A DNA stretch of 38,196 bases from Eledone cirrhosa (lineage: Eukaryota). This document shows, in pieces, positions 26,801 to 38,196 of the stretch. The notes beneath the pieces are model-generated. The model worked only from the letters and a program-made list of their open reading frames with translations, had not been told where the DNA came from and made no database searches. Within the stretch, counting starts at the first letter, position 1. Each line of letters starts with the position of its first letter. Made by a program: the position numbers and the translations under genes. The stretch is taken from contig CAXHJY010000066.1 in NCBI GenBank assembly GCA_964016885.1, positions 1-38,196 of the forward strand, read 5' to 3'.

Positions 26801-27280
26801 CGCTTGCCTACGACTAGTCTCGCAGAGGCACCTCTCCATCTCACCTCTTGCACGCAGCACACATCCACCTGCCTTCTCTCCAGCATCTCCGCTATTTCAG
26901 CAGATCTACCTCTGAGAGTGCCAACATTAAGTGTTGCAACTCTGAGATGCGACGTCTTCATATTCTTCTATGCTGTTTTGTTGCTGTGCTGATAAGCTTT
27001 TTGGCATTGATACACTGGTTGGATGCCCTTCCTAACACCAGCACCACTTTACAGCATGGACTGGGTGCTTTTATTTGTGCCACCAGCACTAGAGAGGATG
27101 TCTTACTAGACTCAAGGGCCCTCTCTACCCCTCCATTTTACAGCATGGTCATTAAAAAAAAAACAAAAAAAAAAAAAACTTATTGACACGACTCACACAC
27201 TAATACTCATGCATACAAACCACAACCACACATACCAACACTCATTCATGCATACAATCACACACACCACTCACAAACAT
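23871..27280 (-). mobile_element. Apparently full-length RTE LINE
   Basis: 5' UTR with GGTGTTAGGAAGGGCATCC, a single ORF, and a (TGA)n tail directly after the stop. The 5' boundary is approximate. Confidence 0.93.
23893..26961 (-). CDS. RTE ORF: APE endonuclease + reverse transcriptase with a PHD-like finger insertion; intact 1022 aa
   Basis: ATLNVGTL, QEVRW, SVYAPQ, GDFNGHVG, NYRGIKL, FVDLEKAFDRV, GVHQGSVLSPLLF, YADDL, CSIC..CTQC..WVHKRC..CSRC, LRWYGHV. Confidence 0.97.
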   Translation of the reverse strand: MKTSHLRVATLNVGTLRGRSAEIAEMLERRQVDVCCVQEVRWRGASARLVVGKRLSYKLFWVGKDDGLGGVGIFLAEKWINKTIEVVRVSNRIIKLRLVVGRRLLTIISVYAPQAGLGKDEKDCFYEQLLQTTTMTEDGDIVMLAGDFNGHVGQLQDGYTGVHGGHGYGSRNEEGVRLLEFCDASTLTICNTNFQKPANHLITYKSGEHISQIDFLLVRQRDRQIVSNTKAYPGEECTPQHRLVVSDISVSKRWNETYRKVWRRKVWKLKDLSLKFKFRKALQDVYDEKEDDLETYDINNNWKFLRDNLLKATDETCGWSRAPTRQRVTWWWNNTVDKAIRDKRLAWNAWKKGGSREEYTATKREARRQVYLARREAESRRFANVLRREDQRRAVFHIARQCVNANQDVVGDKCVRDDAGVLSVTNDQKKEAWKCHYERLMNVENEWERKKLPLVDPTEGPAIEIDEYRVQEAIREMKNGKAAGPSGIVAEMLKASGDVGTKLVARIINQAIYGGVIPKDWCSSILINCYKGKRDALERSNYRGIKLIDQVMKVAERILAQLIRERVKLDEMQFGFVPGKSTTDALFLVRQMQERFLEKNKPLYLAFVDLEKAFDRVPRSVIWWSLRKLGVEEWLVRTVQTLYRGTLSKVRVGMEFSEEFQIQVGVHQGSVLSPLLFIIVLQAITEEFKTGCPWELLYADDLALMAESVEELENKFRLWKQQLEARGLRVNLAKTKVLMSRKEDKTLIPSGKWPCSICRKGTGINSIKCTQCRSWVHKRCSGIAGKLTGREKYVCSRCTGKLDSRSRTDRHIFQMREGAIEVVDSFRYLGDQISMGGGCSEAIVSRIRTGWKKFRELLPLLTKKGFSLRTKGRLYDACVRSAMLHGSETWAATAEDMRRLERNEASMLRWMCSVNVRERPSINVLREKLCLRGIECSVRERRLRWYGHVMRMEDDRWVKKCQEMPVEGRRGRGRPRKTWAEVVRTDLRSLKLTVEMTRDRDEWRDAVLNKTRPTLASREKRT

Positions 27281-27399
27281 ATATATATATACATATATTA
27301 CCGACAGTACTGATACAAAATCAAAATCAAAGTCAAAATCGTCAAAATCACTATCATGTCAACTGTTGACCTTTCCCAGTCCAGTTCGGCTTGTATATA

Positions 27400-27930
27400 A
27401 TAACAATAACAATAATAATTGTTTGCTTTACGCTGGTAATGGCGGTGGTGGATAGTGTCAGTGTGGTGGTGGTGGTGGATGGTATCAGCGTGGTGGTGGT
27501 GGATGGTCAGTGATGATGGTGGCAGTTGTTGGTGCTGTAGTTGTTATTGTAGTTGTTACTGTTGTTGTTGTCCTTCATTTCACTGCTGCTGTTGCTGCAG
27601 ACAATGGTGTTGATGCTGTTATTGCTGTCGCATATATACAAATACATACACACACACACACATTCAATACAGACGATGGTGTTGTTGCTGTTGTTGTTGT
27701 TGTTGGTGTTGCTGCTGTTGTTGTTGTAGTTGTTGCTGTGTTGAAATCTGGTCGCATCCACTGAGATATACATATACACACACATACACATATGTATATA
27801 CACATACATACATCAAAAGAGAGTCAGCAGTATGTCAACAGGGGACAGGACAGCGACCTTAGAGTAATGTGGTGATGGTGGGGAGCGAGTGTAGGCGTTA
27901 TTGTTATTGTGGTGACGGGGGGGGGGGGTC
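27400..27930. repeat. Mixed degenerate microsatellites (GGT, GTT, CA)
   Basis: Direct reading. Confidence 0.85.
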
Positions 27931-28070
27931 AGTGAGATGTTACAAGTTCATAGATCACTTCTCTCTTTTCCTCTCTCTTCAAAATTTTGAATTTATGGCC
28001 TTTTGCAATGGCGGACAAGTATATATAATATATATATATGAAGCAAAGAAAAGAAAATTTTCACTGATAT

Positions 28071-28381
28071 GAAAGATTTCCTGGTAGAAGTTCAGGTGTA
28101 TTCAGTGATTGGTATCCAGTTTCGGGGTATCCAATTAGAAAATCCAACGAATCTTTAAGAGGGGTCCACGCAACCATTGATATATATATATCTATATATG
28201 TAAAATGCAAGCAGAAATAACAACGAAAGATTTCCTGGTAGAAGTTCAGGTGTATTCAGTGTTGGTATCCAGTGTTGGGGTATCCAATTAGAAAATCCAA
28301 CGAATTTTTGAGAGGGGTCCACGCAAGCATATATATAGATATATATATGTATATATGCAAAATGCAAGCAGAAATAACAAC
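28071..28381. repeat. Two-copy ~154-bp tandem repeat
   Basis: GAAAGATTTCCTGGTAGAAGTTCAGG...GCAGAAATAACAAC at 28071 and 28225. Confidence 0.9.
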
Positions 28382-28585
28382 ACATATACTAATGAACATA
28401 CATTAAACACAGAGGGACTGTAAATGATAATAGCAATATCTAGATATAAATATATAAATGTACATATCTCTATTGGTCTCATAAATTTTAAATTTTCTCT
28501 TTCCTCTTGTGTGTGTGTAGCAACACGTGGTGTGTGTTGCTGCTGACTCTAGCAGAGCCCAAGAAAACACGTCTATATATATATC

Positions 28586-28761
28586 AATTTTATGTCCCAA
28601 ATGCAAAGTATGGGTACATAAAAGATGTAGTGGGATCACAGGTAAACTATCTAAGAATATAGATTTTATGTGTCCGGTGCTCTGGTGCAATAAGTAGCAG
28701 CAAGTGCCCACGAATACTAACTCGTTCCATTACACAGGTGGTTCTATAGAAATAGTGGACA
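28586..28761 (+). pseudogene. Internal RTE fragment (PHD-like finger region)
   Basis: LCPKCKVWVHKRCSGITGKL...GGSIEIVD. Confidence 0.85.
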
Positions 28762-28927
28762 TATATATATAATATATATATATATATTAGATATATGTAA
28801 AGTTATATTCAAAATTGTTGGGTTACAACTAGTAAATATTTATAACTGATATAAAAGCACTCGACAAATACTTGGAGTATATTTACAATATTAAATAAAT
28901 GGAAAACTATATTTATAAAACCATATC

Positions 28928-28993
28928 TATTTCATTATATATATTTCGGGGATATCATATTAACAATATGCTATGCCTTCATCAGACAAAATA
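28928..28993 (-). ncRNA. Minimal type I HHR, family E
   Basis: Mirror of 29148-29213. Confidence 0.75.
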
Positions 28994-29147
28994 CAATATA
29001 AACAGTTTTATAGATAAATATATTCGACATACCGTAATAAACATCAACTTCATTTGAAGAGGTTCACTCTAGAGTGAACCTCTTCAAATGAAGTTGATGT
29101 TTATTACGGTATGTCGAATATATTTATCTATAAAACTGTTTATGTTG

Positions 29148-29213
29148 TATTTTGTCTGATGAAGGCATAGCATATTGTTAATATGATATCCCCGAAATAT
29201 ATATAATGAAATA
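29148..29213 (+). ncRNA. Minimal type I HHR, family E
   Basis: tattttgt CTGATGA [aggcatagcatatt-gtt-aatatgatatcccc] GAAA tatata TA atgaaata; helix III is the palindrome ATATATAT. Confidence 0.78.
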
Positions 29214-29256
29214 GATATGGTTTTATAAATATAGTTTTCCATTTATTTAATATTGT

Positions 29257-29855
29257 ATATATTAGATATATATATTATATATATATATTATATATTATAT
29301 ATATATATTATATATATATTATCTATTATATATTATATATATATATTATATATTATATATATATATTATATATATATATTATATATATATATATATATTA
29401 TATATTATATATATATATTATATATATATATTATATATATATTATATATTATATATATATATATTATATATATATATATTATTTATATATTATATATATA
29501 TATTATATATATATATATTATATATATATATATATATTATATATATATATTATATATATATGTATATATATTATATATTTATATATTATATATTTATATA
29601 TTATATATATATTATATATATATATTATATATTTATATATATATATATATATTATATATTATATATTTATATATATATATATTATATATTATATATTTAT
29701 ATATATATATATATATTATATATTTATATATATATATATATTATATATTATATATTTATATATTATATATATTATATATTATATATTTATATATATATAT
29801 ATTATATATTATATATTTATATATTATATATATTATATATTATATATTTATATAT

Positions 29856-29889
<34 letters not shown>

Positions 29890-29946
29890 ATTATATATTA
29901 TATATTTATATATTATATATATTATATATATTATATATTTATATAT

Positions 29947-29980
<34 letters not shown>

Positions 29981-29981
29981 A

Positions 29982-30038
<57 letters not shown>

Positions 30039-30050
30039 ATATATTATATA
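29257..30050. repeat. Interrupted (TA)n tract
   Basis: Direct reading. Confidence 0.98.
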
Positions 30051-30087
30051 TAATATAAGATCAAAAGATGGTTAAAGGAGTTCCATG

Positions 30088-30158
30088 TATTTTATTATGC
30101 GCATTTCAAAAACAAACATCATCATGCAATAATATTTGTGTTTTCATCAGATAAGACA
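30088..30158 (-). ncRNA. Minimal type I HHR, family D
   Basis: Mirror of 32240-32310. Confidence 0.8.
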
Positions 30159-31148
30159 GGAGAACATGATATGAAGACTAAAAAACACTTGTGGATAGTG
30201 CAGTTTTAAATCAACATATGAAAAGTGGTTTTAGATTGATGTGTGATATTGGGAAAAAATATTTTATTTAGAGAGGGGGGGGGGTGGAAAGGATGAAAAG
30301 GGAAGGAGATGAGAGGGAGAGATGGGTGATAGAGAGAAAGAGATAGTTTTTATAACTGAGAGGAGATATATTTTTTACATAGAGAGGTTGAAAACCGTTG
30401 GAAGATACTGTATAAATCAAAAATTTTGAAAATTAACGAAGGGAGGATATGTGCGAGGAAAAAATATTTTATTTAGGGAGGGGGGGATGAAAAAAAGGGG
30501 GAGGAGATGAGAGTGAAGGTGGAGAGGGAGAGATGGGTGATAGAGAGAAAGAGATAGTTTTTATAACTGAGAAAAAGATATATTGTTTTAACATAGAGAG
30601 GTTGGGAACCGTTGGAAGATAATGTATAAATTAAAGGAATTTGAAAATTAACGAAGGGAAATTATGTATGAAGATAGAGAGAAAAAAATAATAATTGTGG
30701 ATGAATATTCTAACGTCAAAAAAAGAAATGTATATATTGTGGCAATTTCAAAATTAACGAAGAGAAAAATTATTAAGGTTTGTGTGTAGAAGGATTTGAG
30801 AAAAATAATGTGAAGTTAAAGTTTGTATATTGGTTGAATTGATAATATATGCGAATAAAGAGTTAATATGTATTAATAATGAGTTCGTTGATGGGGAGAA
30901 AAAAATAATAAATTAAGGATGAAATTGAGATTAAAAAGATTTATGATAGAGAGAAAAAATAATAATGATTGCGGATGAATATTGTATATGTTATGATTTT
31001 ACAAGGTGAAGATAGAATGAGGGTAATGAGTAAACAAGTATTATAGAGTGTATAATGCCCTTTAAAGTAAGGTAGATGGGTATATTTTAAAGAGGTGTAT
31101 GTATATGTGCCTTTGAGAAAAGATTCTAAATTGATAAAGAATTGAATA

Positions 31149-31262
31149 TTAACTGTATACTTTGTGAAAAGTTCTATGGAATTTATGCAGGCAGATAGAA
31201 AACAAATCTGTGCGTCTATTTATTATAGAATCTAGGTTAGAGATAATGGTAAATTTTTCATT
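31149..31262 (-). pseudogene. Last 37 codons of a Naiad-like PLE ORF (below the ORF-track cutoff)
   Basis: NEKFTIISNLDSIINRRTDLFSICLHKFHRTFHKVYS* aligns by eye with AEALEILYATDRILNKKSEAISACKHKLHKTFLYYS of ORF 4332-5267. Confidence 0.8.
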
Positions 31263-32239
31263 TCATCAATTTAGAATCTTTTCTCAAAGGCACATATACA
31301 TACACCTCTTTAAAATATACCCATCTACCTTACTTTAAAGGGCATTATACACTCTATAATACTTGTTTACTCATTACCCTCATTCTATCTTCACCTTGTA
31401 AAATCATAACATATACAATATTCATCCGCAATCATTATTATTTTTTCTCTCTATCATAAATCTTTTTAATCTCAATTTCATCCTTAATTTATTATTTTTT
31501 TCTCCCCATCAACGAACTCATTATTAATACATATTAACTCTTTATTCGCATATATTATCAATTCAACCAATATACAAACTTTAACTTCACATTATTTTTC
31601 TCAAATCCTTCTACACACAAACCTTAATAATTTTTCTCTTCGTTAATTTTGAAATTGCCACAATATATACATTTCTTTTTTTGACGTTAGAATATTCATC
31701 CACAATTATTATTTTTTTCTCTCTATCTTCATACATAATTTCCCTTCGTTAATTTTCAAATTCCTTTAATTTATACATTATCTTCCAACGGTTCCCAACC
31801 TCTCTATGTTAAAACAATATATCTTTTTCTCAGTTATAAAAACTATCTCTTTCTCTCTATCACCCATCTCTCCCTCTCCACCTTCACTCTCATCTCCTCC
31901 CCCTTTCTTTCATCCCCCCCTCCCTAAATAAAATATTTTTTCCTCGCACATATCCTCCCTTCGTTAATTTTCAAAATTTTTAATTTATACAGTATCTTCC
32001 AACGGTTTTCAACCTTTCTATGTAAAAAATATATCTCCTCTCAGTTATAAAAACTATCTCTTTCTCTCTATCACCCATCTCTCCCTCTCATCTCCTTCCC
32101 TTTTCATCCTTTCCACCCCCCCCTCTCTAAATAAAATATTTTTTCCCAATATCACACATCAATCTAAAACCACTTTTCATATGTTGATTTAAAACTGCAC
32201 TATCCACAAGTGTTTTTTAGTCTTCATATCATGTTCTCC

Positions 32240-32310
32240 TGTCTTATCTGATGAAAACACAAATATTATTGCATGATGATGTTTGTTTTTGAAATGCGCA
32301 TAATAAAATA
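32240..32310 (+). ncRNA. Minimal type I HHR, family D
   Basis: tgtcttat CTGATGA ... GAAA tgcgca TA ataaaata. Confidence 0.82.
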
Positions 32311-32435
32311 CATGGAACTCCTTTAACCATCTTTTGATCTTATATTATGCATACTCCAGTCCTACAAACTGTAGAGTGCTTCTTATCCGATATCTGCATT
32401 GCTTTATTGTACTACAATAAAACTCACCTCCTACA

Positions 32436-33036
<601 letters not shown>

Positions 33037-33073
33037 ATTAAATAAATGGAAACTATATTTATAAAACCATATT

Positions 33074-33139
33074 TATTTCATTATATATATTTCAGGGATA
33101 TCATATTAACAATATGCTATGCCTTCCTCAGACAAAATA
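33074..33139 (-). ncRNA. Minimal type I HHR, family E
   Basis: Mirror of 33284-33349. Confidence 0.72.
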
Positions 33140-33283
33140 CAATATAAACAGTTTTATAGATAAATAGATTCGACATACCGTAACAACATCGACTTGTATT
33201 TGAAAAGGTTGATTTGATTTCAAATACAAGTCGATGTTGTTACGGTATGTCGAATCTATTTATCTATAAAACTGTTTATATTG

Positions 33284-33349
33284 TATTTTGTCTGAGGAAG
33301 GCATAGCATATTGTTAATATGATATCCCTGAAATATATATAATGAAATA
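33284..33349 (+). ncRNA. Minimal type I HHR, family E (CTGAGGA core)
   Basis: tattttgt CTGAGGA ... GAAA tatata TA atgaaata. The core change relative to the 29148 copy is at the variable position 7. Confidence 0.75.
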
Positions 33350-33476
33350 AATATGGTTTTATAAATATAGTTTCCATTTATTTAATATTGTAAATATACT
33401 CCAAATATTTGTCGAGTGCTTTTATATCAGTTATAAATATTTACTAGTTGTAACCCAACAATTTAAATATAACTTT

Positions 33477-33523
<47 letters not shown>

Positions 33524-33529
<6 letters not shown>

Positions 33530-34104
33530 ATTAAAATAACAGATTAAAGTTTAAGCAAAGAATCGCTGCTTTCACCCTTAACGGGATCTTCTGAAACTAA
33601 CAAAGTCAATCTGTAAGTCAATCTGTAAACGCAGAACTGGATATTTCAAAAAACGTTGCAACCGGAGGAAGACAGGAAGACGATACTTTGGTTCATGGTG
33701 ACGTTCGCTGGCAAAGAACGGGAAAAAACGAATAATACGTCATCAATAGGAGCGGTGAAAAACAATTACGTGCAAGGACAGAACCACGTTTATGGTATAA
33801 AAGAGGTCGTAGACTAATGTTCTCTAAGTGGTGCATAGAGACGTTCTCTGGCAATGAACGAAAAAACGAAGATAATAAGTCATATGTGGAGCGTGGAGAA
33901 CAATAGCGTGCAAAGACAAAACCACGTAAATGGTATAGCAGAAGTCGTAGACTAAAATTCTAACTAGGAGACCGAATGAATCTCCGCTACAGAGTTAAGA
34001 ACAAAGTAAATAAATACAATACAGAAGTAATAGGAACAAATAAATACATACACGCAAACAGATACGTACATACACAAGCATACGCAAAACCTTACCATAG
34101 GTAT
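33524..34104 (-). mobile_element. Family A PLE 3' UTR fragment without tail
   Basis: High identity to 3334-3903. Confidence 0.92.
33548..33598 (-). ncRNA. Hammerhead-like motif with CAGAAGA core, family A
   Basis: Identical to 3358-3408. Confidence 0.6.
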
Positions 34105-34116
34105 TTATTATTATTA

Positions 34117-34156
<40 letters not shown>

Positions 34157-34361
34157 TTATATATATATATATTATATATATATTATATATTATATATATA
34201 CTCTTTTACTCTTTTACCTGTTTCAGCCATCCGGCTGAGGCCATGCTGGGGCACCGCCCTTGTTGCTACACATTTTATCTCCAGCCTGTATAGGTTGGCC
34301 ACTGGTGTAAGAGGGAGTTTGTTGCTGCTGCCCTTAGGTTTCCCTTGTGTCTTGCTGTGGG

Positions 34362-37300
34362 CTAATCCGGCGGGATCCTGGATAACAAGGTGTCGAGATG
34401 TTTCTTGAAGACATCCACCTCCACGTCATGCAAATCTCTCAGATCCCTCGGCAGCTTGTTGAAGAGTTGAGGGCCCTTGAATCCCAGGCTATTGCAATAC
34501 CTGCTCCTTATTCTAGATGTGGAAGACAGGACCTTTGGCGCCACACACTGACGTCCTGTTCGACGGTTGGTCCAGCTCCCAATGCCAAAGTTTGGTACTA
34601 GTTCCTCCAGGATTTTCGACATGTAGATCACTGCATATCTCTCCCGTCTTCGCTCCAAGGAGTAGAGGTTCAGTTCCTTTAGCCTCTCCCAGTAGCTTGT
34701 CTCCCTCATCTTGGCAATCCTCTTGGTGTAGCTTCGCTGGATTGCCTCAAGCTCCGTGGTTAGTTTGACACTATGGGGTGACCACAACTGGGAGCAGTAG
34801 TCCAGGTGGCTTAGGACAAATGTCCTCCATAGTGTCAACATGGTGTCTCGATCTCTTGTCCGGAAAGTCCTCAAGATCCAGCCAGCGAGTGGTCTGCACA
34901 TTGTCACCACTTTCATGATGTGTGAAGAAAAAGATGCATCATCGCTCATGTCTATGCCCAGGTCTCGTATCGATTTCGACACGGGGATATCGGTCCCTCC
35001 TGGTCCTGTGTAGTTGTGTTCCACTATATTTGTGTTTGCAGGTTTCTTTGGAGGTTTATATTGTAGGGCTTGGAATTTGCCAGCATTAAACTGCATGTTG
35101 TTTTCTTCCGCCCATTTGTATATGGCATCCAGATCCTGCTGTAAAAGGGCAGCGTCAGCCGGGTTTTTGATTGCCTGTGCTACCTTAGTGTCATCAGCAT
35201 AGCTAGTGAGGGATGTTGTTGTATGTACTACAGAGAGCATGTCTGAGAGAGCCACCAAAAACAGTAGTGGTCCCAGGACTGTCCCCTGGGGCACCCCACT
35301 TGTTATTGGTGTTTCCTTTGAGAGGGCCCCATTTGCTGCGACTGCCTGGCTTCTGTCCCTTAGGAAGCCATGCAGCCACTCACCTACTTTTCCAGTTATG
35401 CCGAGTCCGTGTAGTTTGTGACATATCATTCCGTGGTCGACCTTGTCAAAGGTCTTCGCAAAGTCAAGATATATCACGTCCACATGTGAGCTGTCTAGTA
35501 GTTGTCTCAGTACCCAGTCGTAGTGATGTAGCAGCTGTGTAAGGCAGCTTCTTCCTGGGCGGAAGCCATGTTGCGTGCTAGTCAGGCGGTCATTTTCCTC
35601 GAGGAAAGTGATCAGTTTCTTTCTGACGACTCACTCCATGACCTTACTGATATGTGACGTCAGGGAGACTGGCCTATAGTTTTTGGCCTCCGCTCTGCTA
35701 CCTCCTTTATGGATAGGGCATATTGTGCCTTCTTTCAGCTCCCTGGGTAGTACACCGCTAGCCAAGGAGCTTCTGAAGAGCATCTTCAGTGGAGTTGCTA
35801 AGGCCCGCTTACATATTTTTAAGAGAACTGCTGGGAATCCATCAGGTCCAGCAGCCGAGTCTGTTCTAATTTCATCAATGGCGTACACCACATCCTCCTC
35901 CGTTATGTCTATGTGGTTGATGGTTGCCATTTCTTCATGTAGTGTTGTGGCATCAAAGAACTCCTCTGGCTTCGTTATTTGCATGTGCCTCAGTGGACAT
36001 GTGAACACACTTTTGTACTGTTCGTTCAGTATTTCACATATCTCTTGGGGGTTTTCGGTTAATGAACCGTCTGTATGGAAGAGTGGCCCAATCTTGCAGT
36101 GTACTGAAGCAGTTTCTTTTGCAAATTTAAAGAGGGCCTTAGGGTTTGTTTTAATGTATGGCCCTATTCTCTTTCTTTGCCCTCTCATTCTCATGGGAAA
36201 GCTTGAGTGCAATCTCGGTGCCAAGTAATGCACATTTCAAATAGGATTCCTTCTTGTTTTTGTTTTGTTGACTATTCAACTGGTTTGAGAGTTTGGTTCT
36301 ACGTCTCATAAGGATTTTCCTATCTCTGGGAATAAGATTTTTGTGTCTGTTTGCCTCTTTCTCCGGGACAAACTTTTTGCATATAGTGTGTATCGTTGTC
36401 ATGAAGTGTTGAAATTGTGTGTTAGTGTCTTGTGTGGCGGTGTTTTCACTCCATGTTTGCTTCTGGATTTCTCTCTTAATCTTTTTCCAGTTAGCCTTGT
36501 AGAAGTTAAGGCTGGATAGCGTCCCGGAGCTTCTTGGTGGTTTTGTCTCTGTTGGTTCTCTTGGACCATATATCATTAGCTCTACTAAGTTATGATCCGA
36601 GAGAATTGTTGGTGTCATCTTTACATTGTGGATGAGCACTTCGTTGTTTGTAAAACAGAGGTCCAGGACATTTTCGCCTCTTGTTGGGAGGAGTATTGCT
36701 TGCTCCATGAACAGCCTGTGTGTGAAGGCCAGCAGGGATTCCGTCTGTCTCTGTTCTATTGACATCATTCCAGGGAGGAGGTGGCCCTCAGGCCATTTGA
36801 CCTTTGGTAGGTTGAAGTCTCCCAGCAGTAGAATGTTGAGACCCTGGTCCAGTTTGTCAAGGACTTCTTCTATCCTACTTAGGCTATCCTCAAATTTACC
36901 CTCATGACTGGGGGCATCGGGCGGCCGATATGTGACACATATTACTGTCTGTAGTTGCTTCATATGTACTATCAGTGTGTCACAGACTGAGTTTGAATGT
37001 GTCAACAGTACAATTGGTGTGACATCTTCACGGATATACAGAGCAACCCCACCATGAGTTCTCTCCTTCCTGTCCGAACGAAATACAGTATATTTCGGTA
37101 TATGTATTTCTGCATCTGCTATATTGCTTGTCAGGTGCGTTTCGGTTAGTGCCATGCATAGTGCTTGATTGCTTATGGCTAAGTCTCCCAGGTAGAAAAT
37201 TTTACTCATGTTACTGAGTTTCACCAGGCCTCTGACATTCAGCAGCAGCATTGGTGTGACTTTTGGGGTGCCAGTAATGGCTGTCGGTATGACACCTGGT

Positions 37301-37431
37301 CTGGTGTCAGTGGCGGCCACTCTGGGTCCTTTAACTGTGGTGGTCTCGAGTGCTGGTGTGGATGACCCTGGCTCTGGAGATGATGCAGCCAGGTCAGCTG
37401 TCCCACAATCTTCTCTGCCATCACTAAAAAA
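34362..37431 (-). pseudogene. LINE ORF2 (APE + RT) with a frameshift near 36160 and an in-frame TGA at 35631
   Basis: LNVRG, LTETHL, YRPP, GDFNLP, SDH; GPDG, NYRPVSLTS, YLDFAKTFD, GVPQGTVLGPLLF, YADD, LYSLERRRER. Confidence 0.93.
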
Positions 37432-38196
37432 TTTTTCTGCTCTGCTGCTGCCATCTGTATCACGTCGGCATGTGCGTGCCTTCTCCTTGTTGGTGCGGCA
37501 CGCGCGACATCAGCATACTTCTGGAGCGGCTTATTTCGGCTTTGGCTGGGGCATGTTGCGCGAGTAGGATGGGCATAGTTCGTTTGAGACCTAGGGTGGG
37601 CGAATCTGCAGCCCATCCCTGTCTCTCCATGCCAGCATGTCCCGTTCTTGAAAAACTTGCACATTACTTGGGTTTTTTGCTCCCAGTGTCTCGGTGCTTT
37701 CTGTTCTTCCTTTGAACAGTTGTCTACTGGTCCCTCTGCGCTTGGTTCTCTTTCAGAAGGTGATTTCGCTTTTCACCTTTGCCCTTTGCTTGTTGGTTGC
37801 CCGGCCTGCCCTCCCTGACTGTGGCAGAGGGTATCTCATTTTCTTTCAGGTCCGTGCTTGTGCTCTCCTCCTTTTCTTTTTCTCTCTCTTTCTCCTCATC
37901 TCTCTCTTCGGTTTTCTCCTCCCTGAGGACACGGCTTAGCATCGTCATATGTGGCGCTATGAGGACATACACCTTCTCAATTTCTTTTCTCTTTCTCTCT
38001 ATCTGTGCCAGGGTCCTCAGAAACCCATGGCTTTTCAGATTCTCCGCCATCTTTTTGCTTGGTGGAGACCCATCAACCATGGTCCACCCGTTGATCAAAA
38101 ACGCTAGTTCCATCTTTGACCAGTTTCGCTGACTTCTAATTTCACCTTTTTCCTGTATGCAGTCCATTTCGCTGTGGAGGGGAGAAAGAGAGATAG
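37239..38196 (-). pseudogene. LINE ORF1 (partial, disrupted near 37724) with CCCH zinc finger
   Basis: CKFFKNGTCWHGETGMGCRFAHP; charged coiled-coil-like region upstream. Confidence 0.75.

Larger units (their letters stand above)
28797..29256. mobile_element. Palindromic PLE-type terminal insertion, family E (long arm on -)
   Basis: Spacerless inverted repeat centred 29070/29071 with ~186-bp arms plus an ~88-nt tail; HHR in each arm. Confidence 0.88.
30051..32435. mobile_element. Large palindromic PLE insertion, family D (Naiad-like); ~1085-bp arms, ~130-bp spacer, tail at 32349-32435
   Basis: 30051-31135 is the inverse of 31265-32347. The spacer encodes a Naiad-type C-terminus on the minus strand. 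Confidence 0.92.
34201..38196 (-). mobile_element. CR1-group LINE running off the window end; tail (TAAAAGAG)2
   Basis: ORF1 with a CCCH finger, ORF2 APE-RT, 3' UTR GGCGGTGCCCCAGCATGGCC...GCTGAAACAGGTAAAAGAG. Confidence 0.93.

Noticed and set aside
24027-27186. Many + strand ORFs over the RTE, and similar antisense ORFs over other elements
   Set aside because: Antisense shadows of real TE ORFs with no motifs.
27300-27400. Possible 5' end of another LINE (ATG TCA ACT GTT GAC CTT)
   Set aside because: Too short; no homologous continuation.
35631-35633. In-frame TGA as programmed readthrough
   Set aside because: It sits where Arg is expected (CGA>TGA CpG decay) in a copy that also has a frameshift.

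Overview
AT-rich eukaryotic DNA with no recognisable host gene. The repeat types resemble cephalopod (octopus-like) repeats; this is an inference. The window is a nest of retrotransposons inserted into long interrupted (TA)n tracts. It holds three CR1-group LINEs (two near full length, one internally deleted), one RTE LINE with an intact 1022-aa ORF plus RTE fragments and an RTE-derived short element, and about seven families of Penelope-like elements (PLEs) or PLE-type termini. The PLEs include a near-complete RT + GIY-YIG element at 17138-23456 and Naiad-type fragments. Folding by eye finds 15 complete type I hammerhead ribozyme (HHR) motifs from six families, some with non-canonical cores, plus half-HHRs of a seventh family. 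Most PLE insertions are palindromes with both 3' ends facing outward into (TA)n. In five families the short and long ends fall at two fixed positions about 60-90 nt apart, reproduced in independent insertions for three families. This suggests two-site priming on a circular or multimeric RNA. All three CR1-like elements have an in-phase -1 slippery heptamer at or near the end of ORF1.
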